From contig CAVVJT010000010.1 in the NCBI GenBank assembly GCA_963748625.1, positions 1,184,001-1,248,000 on the forward strand: a DNA stretch of 64,000 bases, read 5' to 3'. Source of the DNA: an uncultured Chloroflexia bacterium. GTDB lineage: Bacteria > Chloroflexota > Limnocylindria > Limnocylindrales > CSP1-4. Below, piece after piece: positions 10,301-19,085 of the stretch. Position 1 is the first letter of the stretch. Every line of letters begins with the position of its first letter. The position numbers were made by a program, and so were the translations under genes. The notes under the pieces are model-generated. The model made no database searches and was not told the DNA's origin. It was given only the letters and a program-made list of their open reading frames with translations.

Positions 10301-11210
10301 CCCAGATCAGGACGATCTCGTCGTCCTGCTTGTCGCCGGGATCGACGGAGCCGTCCCCCATGCCCGAGTCGACATCACCGGCGGTGACCGCCAGCGAGCC
10401 GCCGCCGAGGCCGGTTCCGGGATCCACGACGGCTCCCGTGTCCAGCGACGGTCCGGCCACCAGCCAGTTGTCGCCGGATGCCACGTCAAACACCTGGAGC
10501 TTGACGTGGGGCGCCTGCCCCGAGCCCATCCATGCGGTGTAGGCCAGCACGATCTCCGGCTTCCCGTCGGCGTCGACGTCGCCCGCGGCGAGCCGCACCC
10601 GCCCCAGGCTCGTGCTGACAGCGTTGCCATCGGGGTCGCCGTTGGGATCCGCAGTCCACAGGTCCGTGGGGTTGGCCGTCGTCCACGTCCCGTTGCGATA
10701 CAAGGCCAGGCAGACGCGCCCGCGCCCGGTCGAGGCAGCCGGGTTCCCGCAGCGGCCAGATACGGCCACCACCTCGTCCCGGCCGGAGTCCTCGTTCGTT
10801 GTCCCCGGGTCGAAGTCGGCGGTCAGCGTGTCGACGCTGCCAGCCTCCTCGAGCGTGAACGGTGTGCCCGCGGGCGAGAGACCGAGGCTCGTGTCGCCGT
10901 CGTAGACGGTTGCCTGGGCGAGCCAGGTTCCTCCGGTTGACGACCACGGGATGAAGGAGATGATCTCGTCGTCGGGGGCGATCGAGCGCCCGACGATGTC
11001 AGTTCCCGCAGGTGCGGCGCTGTTGGCCTGCACGACCGGCAGGAAGCGGGCCTGTTGTGCCGCCGACGCGGCTGCGTTGGGATCGGCTGCGGCGGTGCCG
11101 GATGCGGTCGCTCCAGCCGACGGGCTGGGTGGGCGAGCGGCGACCGGCGTCGCCATCGCCAACGTGAGCGCGAGCACCACGGCACTCACGCCGATGCTGC
11201 ACCGGGCCAT
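7362..11210 (-). CDS. large secreted protein: FG-GAP beta-propeller, two Ser/Thr-rich amphipathic beta-hairpins, CARDB and C-terminal beta domains
   Basis: signal peptide; about seven GD(V/L)D...E(I/V)V blades; CARDB signature IYAVVDPANTIAEVHEDNN. Confidence 0.85.
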   Translation of the reverse strand: MARCSIGVSAVVLALTLAMATPVAARPPSPSAGATASGTAAADPNAAASAAQQARFLPVVQANSAAPAGTDIVGRSIAPDDEIISFIPWSSTGGTWLAQATVYDGDTSLGLSPAGTPFTLEEAGSVDTLTADFDPGTTNEDSGRDEVVAVSGRCGNPAASTGRGRVCLALYRNGTWTTANPTDLWTADPNGDPDGNAVSTSLGRVRLAAGDVDADGKPEIVLAYTAWMGSGQAPHVKLQVFDVASGDNWLVAGPSLDTGAVVDPGTGLGGGSLAVTAGDVDSGMGDGSVDPGDKQDDEIVLIWDQLEPGAKYHVMIQVFKVTGSGATGITSVAGPWDPTNGGWSGWQMTDVSITTGRFADPADVGPREQILFGWVNNYAARVTSVRMTGDKEDLQFAKDPDFTKVDNTTGLLKTIRVAAADLDRRDDEEHLASDGGALDEAIAAYTVRNVSAGTTAAVSVHRGLTTTAVADWTTYTFPRVALVENSQISLGVGRITPDLSDPGDARPQIIVSAGRNGAGAGWRKLHVLSFEPSPTPSLSLETSLDIMGGVAGLEEAAIAIGDVDGDGLRLGAPRSWTVSNVIRPAVIVKAVPTYFDVVGGQVYDPTHCYRPTDASQINNFAHCGFGAIYGTTQNSETKASFEVHADWAVSGEVSGGAKGFGVTVKASLKATAGGGFSRTSATSSMSEAKEQITARADDRILVQVIRYTVLEYPVYQGSGNDLVLSNYLKVIKPVGTPTFDWYDGADLPSWLSDDEPGNLLSYPAEKPTGPGWTNAWALGSGWSVTSSGAGADKSISWGDIQSAITKVSVAASIEASAEVSGEYLGFSASAKTSTKYDVGATADRTTTLGSATQETVQIASIEDDQSGASRNYTVTPYIRFDGVGAVVLDYLVRLDEAGPAQDPTFWDSVYKDSPDPSLTLPKRLDCAKAGAIGCNPNYETKSLWISDPQPEVGQVVDITARIRNYSLASSPSTSVRLFVGDPALGGTEIGVAKATGPIAAQGSSTVGPWKWTVPSSLRGLTKRIYAVVDPANTIAEVHEDNNKGWSGIMIQGSTSDVNRPTVALSATSVSASPAISVKVTGADTGGAGLCSFAVVSGTSAPSANSLSWLAYPPTTIALPTGDGTKTISAFSRDCAGNVSKPATRTVVLWLAAKSTRLGIVQENSKSVDYRGTFKRASLTNASGGHVAYASVKGRTAKWTATARTFAFVSTRGPDRGKATIWDGTRKLATINLYAATRQAGRIVWTKTFASVGKHTIKVVVTGTKSSRSSSRRVDIDAFLSAR

Positions 11211-11401
11211 GGTGGACCCCTCTCACTCGGGCCTGGCAGCAGGGGCCGGACGCCTCACGTGACCGCCAAGCGCTTCGCCCAGTATTCGTGCCCCCCGTAC
11301 CAAGCCAAGTGCCGGAGGACAGGCCCGGGAGTCCTCCACGGCACCATCGCGGCGCGTGGACCCGGGTCACCACGCCGTGGCGCGCACGACGGGCCTCCCG
11401 G

Positions 11402-12175
11402 CTACGCGGCCAGTGGGCCCTCCACCAGTTCCGTGTCGGTGCTGGCTCCCTGACCGGCGGTGGCGGTGTCGTCGATGTCGAGCGTCCAGTCGTAGTCCCC
11501 GTAGCGCAGGCGCGGCGTCTCGTCCGGCCCGATGACCCCGTGGCGGCGGAGCATCGCCAGGATTCCGGCGCGGCCGCCGAAGTCGCCGCGGTACCAGCGC
11601 AGCAGGCGGGGCATCGTCAGCACGCTCCCGTCGGCGGACAGGGAGCTCTCCACGGCAAGGTAGGCACCCGTCGCCCGCTCGAGGTCGGCATCGAGCGTCG
11701 CCGGCTCCCAGGCGGCGAGCGGCGGACAGCTCCGGGCACCGCAGTTGAGGGCGAAGTGGATCCGGGGGTCCACCCGCTCGACCCGCAGGAGCCGCTCGAA
11801 CCGCGACGGGCGCGGGTTGCGCAGGTAGCCGAGACCGGCGAGGAACGCGGACCGGCGCAGGAGCCCCTGCTCGATGGCGTTCGGGCTGAGGCGTCGCCCG
11901 GCGACCGTCACCGCCGGCGTCGCGAAGAAGGGCAGGCGCCGCCGGTATGCCGCCGGGTCGGCGAGGAGCCGCGCGCGGACAGCGCCGTTGTAGACATTGA
12001 CCCAGAAGGCGATCCGGGCGGCATCGTCGGGCAGGGCGGCCGCGAGCGCGGTGGCGTCGAGCCCGGCAAGCGCTGCCCGAGCAGCGGACGTGTCGCGACC
12101 GGCGCGAGCGTCCTCGACGAAGCGGTGTGCGAGCTCGAGGGGCCGGGGGACAGCAGGGCCCATCTCAGCCGCCAT
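11402..12175 (-). CDS. DUF547 domain protein
   Basis: AFWVNVYN, IEQGLLR, DPRIHFALNCGARSCPPL, WYRGDFG, YDWTL motifs. Confidence 0.9.
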   Translation of the reverse strand: MAAEMGPAVPRPLELAHRFVEDARAGRDTSAARAALAGLDATALAAALPDDAARIAFWVNVYNGAVRARLLADPAAYRRRLPFFATPAVTVAGRRLSPNAIEQGLLRRSAFLAGLGYLRNPRPSRFERLLRVERVDPRIHFALNCGARSCPPLAAWEPATLDADLERATGAYLAVESSLSADGSVLTMPRLLRWYRGDFGGRAGILAMLRRHGVIGPDETPRLRYGDYDWTLDIDDTATAGQGASTDTELVEGPLAA

Positions 12176-12392
12176 TCGCCATGGGCGGCAGCTTCACGCC
12201 CGACAGGCCGCCGTCCACGGCGATGACCTGTCCAGTGATCCATGCCGCGTCGGTCGAGACCAGGAACGCCGCAAGGCCGTCACGGCCCACGACCGCCACG
12301 GCCCACCCGGCGGCAACCAGACGGCGGGCGGTCGCCGAGCCGATGGCGCCCGTGGCGCCGGTGACGATCGCGACTCGGGCGCCGGGCGTCAT
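12165..12392 (-). pseudogene. internally deleted SDR oxidoreductase (75 aa)
   Basis: N-terminal VTGATGAIG fused in frame to C-terminal FLVS..AAWITGQVIAVDGG; catalytic YxxxK core absent. Confidence 0.8.
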
Positions 12393-12907
12393 CGCCGTTC
12401 CTCGGCAGGCGGCTCCGCCTGCAGCTGGCCGCCGCGGACGGTCCCGCCGATCACCATGGCGGCGGCCACCAGCACGAGGTTCTTGATGATGTACTGGCCT
12501 TCAAGCGTTGGGGCAATCGGGACGACCGTGAAGGTCTCCGTGGGAAAGAGCAGCAGCGGGGTCATGGTCCCCAGCATCTGCACGGCCAGCAGCAGCAGGG
12601 TCGCGCGCAGGAACCGTCCGCTCAGCAGGCCGAGCCCGATGAGGACCTCCCACAGAGCCAGCACCGGCAGCGAGACGGCCGCCGGCACCAGGCCGAAGGT
12701 CAGAACATCGATCGTGCGGGTCGCGAGGTCCTGCGCCGGGCTCAGTCCTGGGACGAGCTTGAGGGCGCCGAACCACAGGAAGACGATGCCCAGCGCGATG
12801 CGGAGCACCGGCACGGCGGCGGCGGCCAGCGCCATCGTGACCTTGCGGTCGAGGTTGTCGAACGAGGGGCGCCAGCGTGCGCCGGGGGAGGTGATCGAGT
12901 CGAGCAT
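12389..12907 (-). CDS. DoxX/DUF417 family membrane protein
   Basis: LRIALGIVFLWFGALK, EVLIGLGL, PTLEGQYIIKNLVL. Confidence 0.88.
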   Translation of the reverse strand: MLDSITSPGARWRPSFDNLDRKVTMALAAAAVPVLRIALGIVFLWFGALKLVPGLSPAQDLATRTIDVLTFGLVPAAVSLPVLALWEVLIGLGLLSGRFLRATLLLLAVQMLGTMTPLLLFPTETFTVVPIAPTLEGQYIIKNLVLVAAAMVIGGTVRGGQLQAEPPAEERR

Positions 12908-13150
12908 GAGCAGGATCCAAGATGCGGGTATGCACCGTTCCATTCGCGCGGAGACCCGCCGCGGATCGGGTGCATCCCCGTGCGCGCCGCAGCCCTTCCA
13001 GGCAGTACCAGACAGGTTCGAGGTCCGTCCCACAAGATTCTGGCGCGTCCCGGCACCGAAGTGGTACCAAAGGACCATGACGGCCGCGATACTCACCTCT
13101 GTCGGCTGCAGCGGACTCTTCATCACCCTGCCGCAGCCGGGAGGGAACTC

Positions 13151-14431
13151 GTGAAGCTGCGCAAGCTCAAGAAGGCCCAGGCGAAGGCGTCGCGTGACGT
13201 CCAGCCGTGGATGGGTGGCGTCCCGGTCATGGACGTGCCGGCCCACGGCGCTTCCGCCGGGACGGTTGCCATCGCGGAGGCGCTGGACACCGGGGGCGCC
13301 GGGGACGACGCCGGGGACGAGACACCGGAAGGCGCCCCGGGCGACACCCCGGGCGACGCCGTCGGGGCCGTTGATGTCGCGGATCCCGCGGATGCCGTCG
13401 ATGTCGCTGCGACAGGCGACCCGGCTGCAGTCGACGACGCCGAGCGGATCGCCTTGGCGGAGACGATGTATCGCGCCGCTCACGCGCGACTCGAGGCCGC
13501 GGAAGCCCGTGAACGAGCCGCCAGCGAGCGCCTGACGGAAGCCGCGGCGGCCGAGCAGGCGGCCGCGGAGCGCCTCGCCGCAGCAGAGCGCGGCGAGCGG
13601 ACGATCGCCGCGCGTCTCGCCGCCGCGGATGACCGCGAGCGCGCGGTTGTGGAGCGTCTCGCCGCGGCGGATGCCCGGGAGCGCGCGGCGGCAGAACGTC
13701 TCGCCGCCGCGGATGACCGCGAGCAGGCGGTCGCCAGCCGTGTCGCCGCAGCTGAGGCCCGCGAGCGCGCGGCAGCGGACCGCGATGCCGTCGCACTCCA
13801 GCGTGACCGGGTGGCCGTCGAGCGCGACGCCCTTGCGAATGAGCGTGACCGGGCGCTTGCCGAGCGCGATCGGTCACACGCCGAGCGCGGGGTCCTGTCC
13901 GTCCCGAGAACGCCGGCAGGGACGGGTGGCGGCAGCGCCGAACGCGAGCTCGAGATCGCGCGCCTCGAGGCGGAGCTGGAGCGAGCCCACCTCGACTCGC
14001 TGACTGGTGCCCTGCGGCGCGAGATCGGCCGCCTCACGCTGCACAACGAGATCGAGCGGGCTCGCCGCACCGATGGACGGTTCGTCATCGCGTTCGTCGA
14101 CGTTGACGACCTCAAGGGCATCAACGACCGTGAGGGGCATGCCGCAGGCGACCGCGTGCTGCGGACCCTGGCCGCCACGCTGCGCGCGAACCTGCGGACC
14201 TACGACCCAGTCGTCCGCTATGGCGGCGACGAGTTCGTGTGCGGCGTGACCGGAGTCGATGCCGTCGAGCTCGAGCACAGGATGACCCTCATCGACCAGT
14301 CCCTTCGCCGGGCGACGGGCGTCGGGATCTCGGCCGGCATGGCCACACTCCTCGAAGGCGAGACGCTGGACGAGATCACCGCGCGCGCCGACGCGGCGCT
14401 GCTGGAGGCGAAGCGCAACCGCGATCACTAG
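13151..14431 (+). CDS. diguanylate cyclase with long repetitive coiled coil
   Basis: GTG with GGGAGG RBS; DSLTG, DVDDLKGIND..GHAAGD, RTYD I-site and YGGDEF; 14-aa ERLAAA(D/E)xRE repeats. Confidence 0.88.
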   Translation: MKLRKLKKAQAKASRDVQPWMGGVPVMDVPAHGASAGTVAIAEALDTGGAGDDAGDETPEGAPGDTPGDAVGAVDVADPADAVDVAATGDPAAVDDAERIALAETMYRAAHARLEAAEARERAASERLTEAAAAEQAAAERLAAAERGERTIAARLAAADDRERAVVERLAAADARERAAAERLAAADDREQAVASRVAAAEARERAAADRDAVALQRDRVAVERDALANERDRALAERDRSHAERGVLSVPRTPAGTGGGSAERELEIARLEAELERAHLDSLTGALRREIGRLTLHNEIERARRTDGRFVIAFVDVDDLKGINDREGHAAGDRVLRTLAATLRANLRTYDPVVRYGGDEFVCGVTGVDAVELEHRMTLIDQSLRRATGVGISAGMATLLEGETLDEITARADAALLEAKRNRDH

Positions 14432-14476
14432 GTGCTCGCGCGTCCCGCCACTGCCTGGCGGATACCCTTCCGCGCT

Positions 14477-14570
14477 CGGTGGCGCTGCCGCTCGGTGGCG
14501 CGGTGGCGTCCGGTGGCGCCCCGGTGGCGTCCCGGTGGCGCCGCCGCTCCGTGGCGCCCCGGTGGCGCCC
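14477..14570. repeat. cluster of CGGTGGCG octamers
   Basis: seven exact copies plus one variant in about 95 nt of intergenic DNA. Confidence 0.75.
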
Positions 14571-14831
14571 CAGACATGGGAGGAATCGAGGGGCTCCGCG
14601 CTGGGCTGGAGGCCCAGACTGTCGATCCGTGGGTTGAGCCCTGTGGGTCGCGGCCTGTTGCGCCCCATGGCTGGGGGATGGAGACGTGTCCCCCCGACGG
14701 GGCGGCGAGGACGTCCCGGCAGGCGGTAGGGCCGCGGGCGAACGGCCAATCGTGACGCGAGGGGCTCGCGCGTTCCGCGGGCAGTCGCGGGGAGTCCGCC
14801 CGCCGGCGATCCGGCGAGAGCGCGCAGATCG

Positions 14832-15389
14832 CTACGACGGCTTGCGGACCCGGGCGTTCGGTCGGCCGCCGGCACTCAGGGCGAGCGCGATCACCATCTC
14901 GTCGGGTCGTGGCGCGTCGGGGATCGCGATCTCAACGGCGTCCATGTCGTCGAACACCCAGCGGTCGTCCTTGTTGCCGATCGGCATCGTGATGGACGCG
15001 CCGGGACCGGCGACCTTCTTGGTACCGGGGATGATCTCCGCTCCCCCGCCGATGGCTGCCCGCACCGGCGCTCCGAAGCGCGGATGGAGCACCGCGGCCG
15101 TGTGCTCGCGATCACCGTCGATCCCCACGATGGCGCCCTTGCCGTAGCCGCGGACGTCCATCCCGGACAGGCCGACCGATGCGAGGGCCGCAACGGCGCG
15201 CTCGACGAGCAGCGCCGCCGCCTCGCGGCCGAGCGACTCCAGCTCCGCCAGGTCGTCGAGGCGGCCTTGGCCGGCGAGGGGGTTGCGGACCACGACGGCA
15301 GCCGTGGCAACCGTGGTGGGCGGATCGACCGCAGCGCCGGCCTCGAGCAGGGTCTGCTGGACCGAGGCCACGATGAGTCGAACATGCAT
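14832..15389 (-). CDS. amino acid synthesis family protein (DUF1185)
   Basis: VVRNPLAG, YGKGAIVG..GDREH, DAPRPDEMV, GGRPNAR motifs. Confidence 0.85.
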   Translation of the reverse strand: MHVRLIVASVQQTLLEAGAAVDPPTTVATAAVVVRNPLAGQGRLDDLAELESLGREAAALLVERAVAALASVGLSGMDVRGYGKGAIVGIDGDREHTAAVLHPRFGAPVRAAIGGGAEIIPGTKKVAGPGASITMPIGNKDDRWVFDDMDAVEIAIPDAPRPDEMVIALALSAGGRPNARVRKPS

Positions 15390-15497
15390 CGTCCTGCTCC
15401 CTCTGGGGTACGGCGACGCGGGCAGGCCGCCGCCACCGATGGTACGTCCGCCCCAAGGTCGACGGGTCGGGGTGCAGCGTGCCTCCGGCCCGAGGCG

Positions 15498-16745
15498 TCA
15501 GTCGGCGTCGAGCGGCTCGAGCAGCCGACGGGCGACGCTGGTCCAGCTCCACTGGTCCACCACGGCCCGCCGCGCCGCCGCACGGATCGCCGCCCGGTCG
15601 ACCGGGCCGAGCGCGAGGAGCTCCGCGAGCTTCACTCGCAGATCACCGGCATCGCCAGGATTGAAGGCGGCGAGATGGCGTAGCTCGCCGGGATACTCCT
15701 CCGCGAGCCCGGCGGCGATCTCTGCAAGCCCGGAGTGGCGCGCGACCAGCGGCGGGCATCCGGTGGCGGCGGCTTCGGCAGCGACCATGCCGAACGCCTC
15801 GGGGAAGATCGACGGGACGACGCACGTGTCGGCCAGGGCCAGCAGGTGCACCAGGTGCCGGTGCTCGAGCGGGCCGGTGAACAGGACGTCCGGGCCCGCC
15901 ATCCGTTCCAGCTCACCCCGCTCCTCACCGAACCCGACGATGAGCGCGCGCGCGTCGAGGCCCTCGAGCGCCTCGAGAAGCACGTGCACGCCCTTGTTGC
16001 GGATGAGCTTCCCGAAGTAGACGACCGTCGGCCGGTCACCGGATAGGAACCGCTCGAGCCGCTCGGCATTCCGCTCGTCGGGCAGCCGCTCCTCGACGTT
16101 GGCCGGGTTCGGCGGGTCGCGTCGCGCTTCGGCCAGCAGGGCCGCGAGCGCCGCCGACCGCTCCTGGGGCCTCCAGGCGTCGATGTCGACCCCAGGCGGG
16201 ACCTCGTGGATGTGATCGACGTGACCGCACACGTCCTCGAGGACGCGGCGCACGTGGGCGGAGCCGACGAAGGTCGCGGCGGCCTCCTGGAGGCAGTCGC
16301 GCCCCCATGCCGTCAGGGCCGGGTTGCCCCGCATCGAGTACTCCAGCTCCGACCCGTGCGCCTTCACCGCGAAGCGGGCACCGCTGGCCACCCCGACAGG
16401 CCCCCCGAGGAGGACGTGGTTGCAGAAGACGAGGTCGGCCGGAAGGTGCTCACGGAGGGCCACGGCATTCGCCTCGACCCATCGCTCGAGCTCGTCGGCC
16501 AGGCAGTCCTGCACGAGCTTGACCTCGTACCCGTCGTACCGGTCAAGCACGAACACCGGCAGCAGTCCCCCGACGTCGGGCCGGACAACCCGTGCGCCGC
16601 CGAGGTCGTACGCGCCGGGTCCCGGGTCCTGGCAGAACACGGTGACGTCATGTCCTGCCCGCGTCCATGCCCTGGCCAGCTGGCGCGTGTAGACGTTCGA
16701 GCCGGTGCCTCCGAGCAGGTAGCCGTGCCAGAGCAGGATTCGCAC
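15498..16745 (-). CDS. glycosyltransferase family 4
   Basis: WHGYLLGGTGSNVY, YFGKLIRNKGV, PSIFPEAFGMVAAEA (EX7E). Confidence 0.9.
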   Translation of the reverse strand: MRILLWHGYLLGGTGSNVYTRQLARAWTRAGHDVTVFCQDPGPGAYDLGGARVVRPDVGGLLPVFVLDRYDGYEVKLVQDCLADELERWVEANAVALREHLPADLVFCNHVLLGGPVGVASGARFAVKAHGSELEYSMRGNPALTAWGRDCLQEAAATFVGSAHVRRVLEDVCGHVDHIHEVPPGVDIDAWRPQERSAALAALLAEARRDPPNPANVEERLPDERNAERLERFLSGDRPTVVYFGKLIRNKGVHVLLEALEGLDARALIVGFGEERGELERMAGPDVLFTGPLEHRHLVHLLALADTCVVPSIFPEAFGMVAAEAAATGCPPLVARHSGLAEIAAGLAEEYPGELRHLAAFNPGDAGDLRVKLAELLALGPVDRAAIRAAARRAVVDQWSWTSVARRLLEPLDAD

Positions 16746-16807
16746 CTGTGCATCGTGCCTGAACGACGCCGGCAGGGACCGCCTCCCGCGCGCCTCCAGG
16801 CTCCTCG

Positions 16808-17254
16808 TCAGCCTGCAGGGCCGACCGCGATGGACACCACCAGTGCTGCCACGAACCCGCCGACGAAGCAGGTAATCATGACGCCGAGCGTTCTCGAGTA
16901 CCCCTTCGGCGTGATCTGGTTGGCCCGGTCGAGCCGGACGATTGCCGGGAAGAGGCGCCAGAAGAACGACAGGATCGAGAGGATCAGGGCGACGACCGCC
17001 CATGTCTTCGTGGTCTGGCTGCCTGTGACGAGAATCACCAAGAGAAGCGCCACGAAGATGAGCTTGGTGCCTGCGACCCAGTTGACGAGGTAGCGGACGA
17101 GCTCGTGCGTCTCAGGGTCCGCCTCCGACTTCCCGTAGGCGTTGAACACGCCCAGCCCGTTGCCGAGCCGCGAGCCGGGGCGGAAGTAGAGGATGCCGAT
17201 GTTGAGCGACTCGATGACGACGAAGACGATGATCGCGGCAGCAAGGATGTCCAT
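16808..17254 (-). CDS. hypothetical membrane protein
   Basis: RBS AGGAG, four hydrophobic segments, coding-like codon usage. Confidence 0.75.
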   Translation of the reverse strand: MDILAAAIIVFVVIESLNIGILYFRPGSRLGNGLGVFNAYGKSEADPETHELVRYLVNWVAGTKLIFVALLLVILVTGSQTTKTWAVVALILSILSFFWRLFPAIVRLDRANQITPKGYSRTLGVMITCFVGGFVAALVVSIAVGPAG

Positions 17255-17318
17255 CGCGTACTCCTGGTGTGTCCGACGAGTATGCGGCGGCCCCTGATGA
17301 GGTCGTTCGGCACGCCGG

Positions 17319-17378
17319 GTGCGCCGGTCGGCCCGGCGCGGTGCCCCGGTCGGCCCGGCAGGGTGCGCCGGTCGGCCC
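17319..17378. repeat. 22-nt tandem repeat (GTGC(G/C)CCGGTCGGCCCGGC...) x2.7
   Basis: read directly in the divergent intergenic region. Confidence 0.7.
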
Positions 17379-17460
17379 TACCGGGTTATCCCGCCTTTTG
17401 GGGCATGATCTGGCGACCACCACGGTGCACGGCCGATGCGTCCTCCGCTGCAGCATCCAT

Positions 17461-17496
17461 CACGCCCACGCCCACGCCCACGCCCACGCCCACGCT
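17461..17496. repeat. (CACGCC)n hexamer microsatellite directly upstream of an RBS
   Basis: five exact copies plus CACGCT, then GGAGGA at 17498-17503. Confidence 0.85.
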
Positions 17497-17507
17497 CGGA
17501 GGACCCG

Positions 17508-17909
17508 TTGCCCGCGCTCGTCGTCGCACTCCTCCTGGTCGCCCATGGCCTGATCCACGTCTCGTTCCTGAGCCCGGCACCCCCGGCGAAGGCCGGCGGA
17601 CCCCAGTGGCCGTTCGACCTCACCCGGTCCCGTCTGCTTGCGACGCTCGGGCTCGGCTCCGGCGCGGCACGCGCGATCGGCACCGCGCTGATCGTCGTCA
17701 CCGTCGCGGGGTACGTCATCGCAGCTCTCGCCTTCGTCGGGATCACACCGGCTACGTGGTTCACGGGAGCGGTGGTCGCGGGATCAGCGGCCTCGATCGT
17801 GTTGCTCGTCCTGTTCTTCCACCCCTGGCTGGTGCTCGGACTCGTCATCGACGCGGTGCTGTTGTGGGCTGTGCTCCTGAACGGCTGGACACCGACGAGT
17901 GCGGGCTGA
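17508..17909 (+). CDS. hypothetical membrane protein
   Basis: TTG start after GGAGGA; LLVAHGLIH N-terminus; several TM helices. Confidence 0.7.
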   Translation: MPALVVALLLVAHGLIHVSFLSPAPPAKAGGPQWPFDLTRSRLLATLGLGSGAARAIGTALIVVTVAGYVIAALAFVGITPATWFTGAVVAGSAASIVLLVLFFHPWLVLGLVIDAVLLWAVLLNGWTPTSAG

Positions 17910-17934
17910 GCCGTGCATGCCGGCTGCGTTGGGC

Positions 17935-18384
17935 ATGCCTGCTGAACCCGTCGCACCGTCCTGGTCCCGGCTTGGCGCCAGGGCGCGCGCGTGGCGGCTC
18001 GTCCATGCCGCCTGGTCGGTGGCCCAGCTCGCGTGCCTGGGCCTGATCTGGGCGCGGGTCGTCCAGCGGAGGCGAGACCCGGCCACGTGGGCAGCCGTGG
18101 TCTTCCTCGCCGCCGAGGGCAGCGGGCTGATCCTCGGGCGGGGCGACTGCCCGATGGGCCGCGTCCAGGAGTCATGGGGCGACCCGGTCCCCTTCTTCGA
18201 GCTGCTCCTGCCGCCTCGTGCTGCCAAGGCCGCCGTCCCGTCGCTCGCCGCGGTGGCCGTCGCCGGGATCGCCGGCCTCGTCCTGCGCGCACCGGGACCG
18301 GTGCGACAGTTTCCGGGACCAGTGCCCCGAATCACGTCGCCTGATCGGATCAGGAGCCGGGAGCTGTCCGCGGCTCCAGGATGA
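17935..18384 (+). CDS. hypothetical membrane protein
   Basis: hydrophobic helices, GRGDCP and GDPVPFFELLLPPRAAKAA segments; start and C-terminus uncertain. Confidence 0.6.
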   Translation: MPAEPVAPSWSRLGARARAWRLVHAAWSVAQLACLGLIWARVVQRRRDPATWAAVVFLAAEGSGLILGRGDCPMGRVQESWGDPVPFFELLLPPRAAKAAVPSLAAVAVAGIAGLVLRAPGPVRQFPGPVPRITSPDRIRSRELSAAPG

Positions 18385-18855
18385 CGACGGCGGTCTCGCC
18401 GGACCTGCGGGCCGCGTAGGCGTCGAGGTTCCCGGACGTGTCCCAGCGGGCCCAGAGCGTCGGGCGCTCATCTGGGGTGGCAGCGCGGCCGCGCACGAGA
18501 CGGGGCCCATCCGCCAGCTCGACGACGGCGTCGGGCTGGGCCTGCAGGTTGAGCCACCAGGCCGGTTCCCCTTCGCCCCAGCCGTTCATGGCGAGGGTCA
18601 CCAGGTTCGGGCCGTCCTCGATGTAGCCCAGGATTGCGAGCCGCTCCGCCCCGGTGCGCCGGCCGACGGTGCGGAGGCGCAGCATCCCCCACTGCTCGGG
18701 GGTGGCGGGCCGGTAGCCGAGGCGGCCCCTCGTGACGCTGACGAGGGCGCGGTGGGCCACCCAGGCGGTGCGCACGACCCAGCGAGGTGGCACGGAGGCA
18801 TCGGCGGCGGCGGAGTCGGCTTGCGGCTGCGCGGGGTGGTCGGGTTCGTTGTCAT
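18350..18855 (-). CDS. deazaflavin (F420H2)-dependent nitroreductase/quinone reductase family (Ddn/DUF385), apparent 1-nt deletion just after the start codon
   Basis: LRTVGRRTG, MNGWG..EPAWWLNL; the RBS-supported ATG at 18855 is out of frame with the body by one base. Confidence 0.8.
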
Positions 18856-19085
18856 CGTGTTGCCTCCTGGTCGTCCGGGAACTGGAAGACCTCGTCGAGC
18901 GGCACGCGGAACACGCGCGCGATCCGGAAGGCCATCTCCAGCGTCGGCGAGTACCGGCCCTGCTCGATGGCGATGATGGTCTGGCGGGTCACCCCCACCC
19001 GCTCCGCGAGCTCCGCCTGCGTCATCTCACCTGTCGCGAACCGCAGCACACGGATGGAGTTGGTGACGCTCGTCGGCTTCACCAC
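18852..19085 (-). CDS. XRE-family HTH transcriptional regulator
   Basis: MTQAELAERVGVTRQTIIAIEQGRYSPTLEMAFRIARVF. Confidence 0.92.
   Translation of the reverse strand: MVKPTSVTNSIRVLRFATGEMTQAELAERVGVTRQTIIAIEQGRYSPTLEMAFRIARVFRVPLDEVFQFPDDQEATR

Noticed and set aside
17294-17301. CTGATGAG hammerhead core
   Set aside because: No GAAA partner or supporting stems nearby
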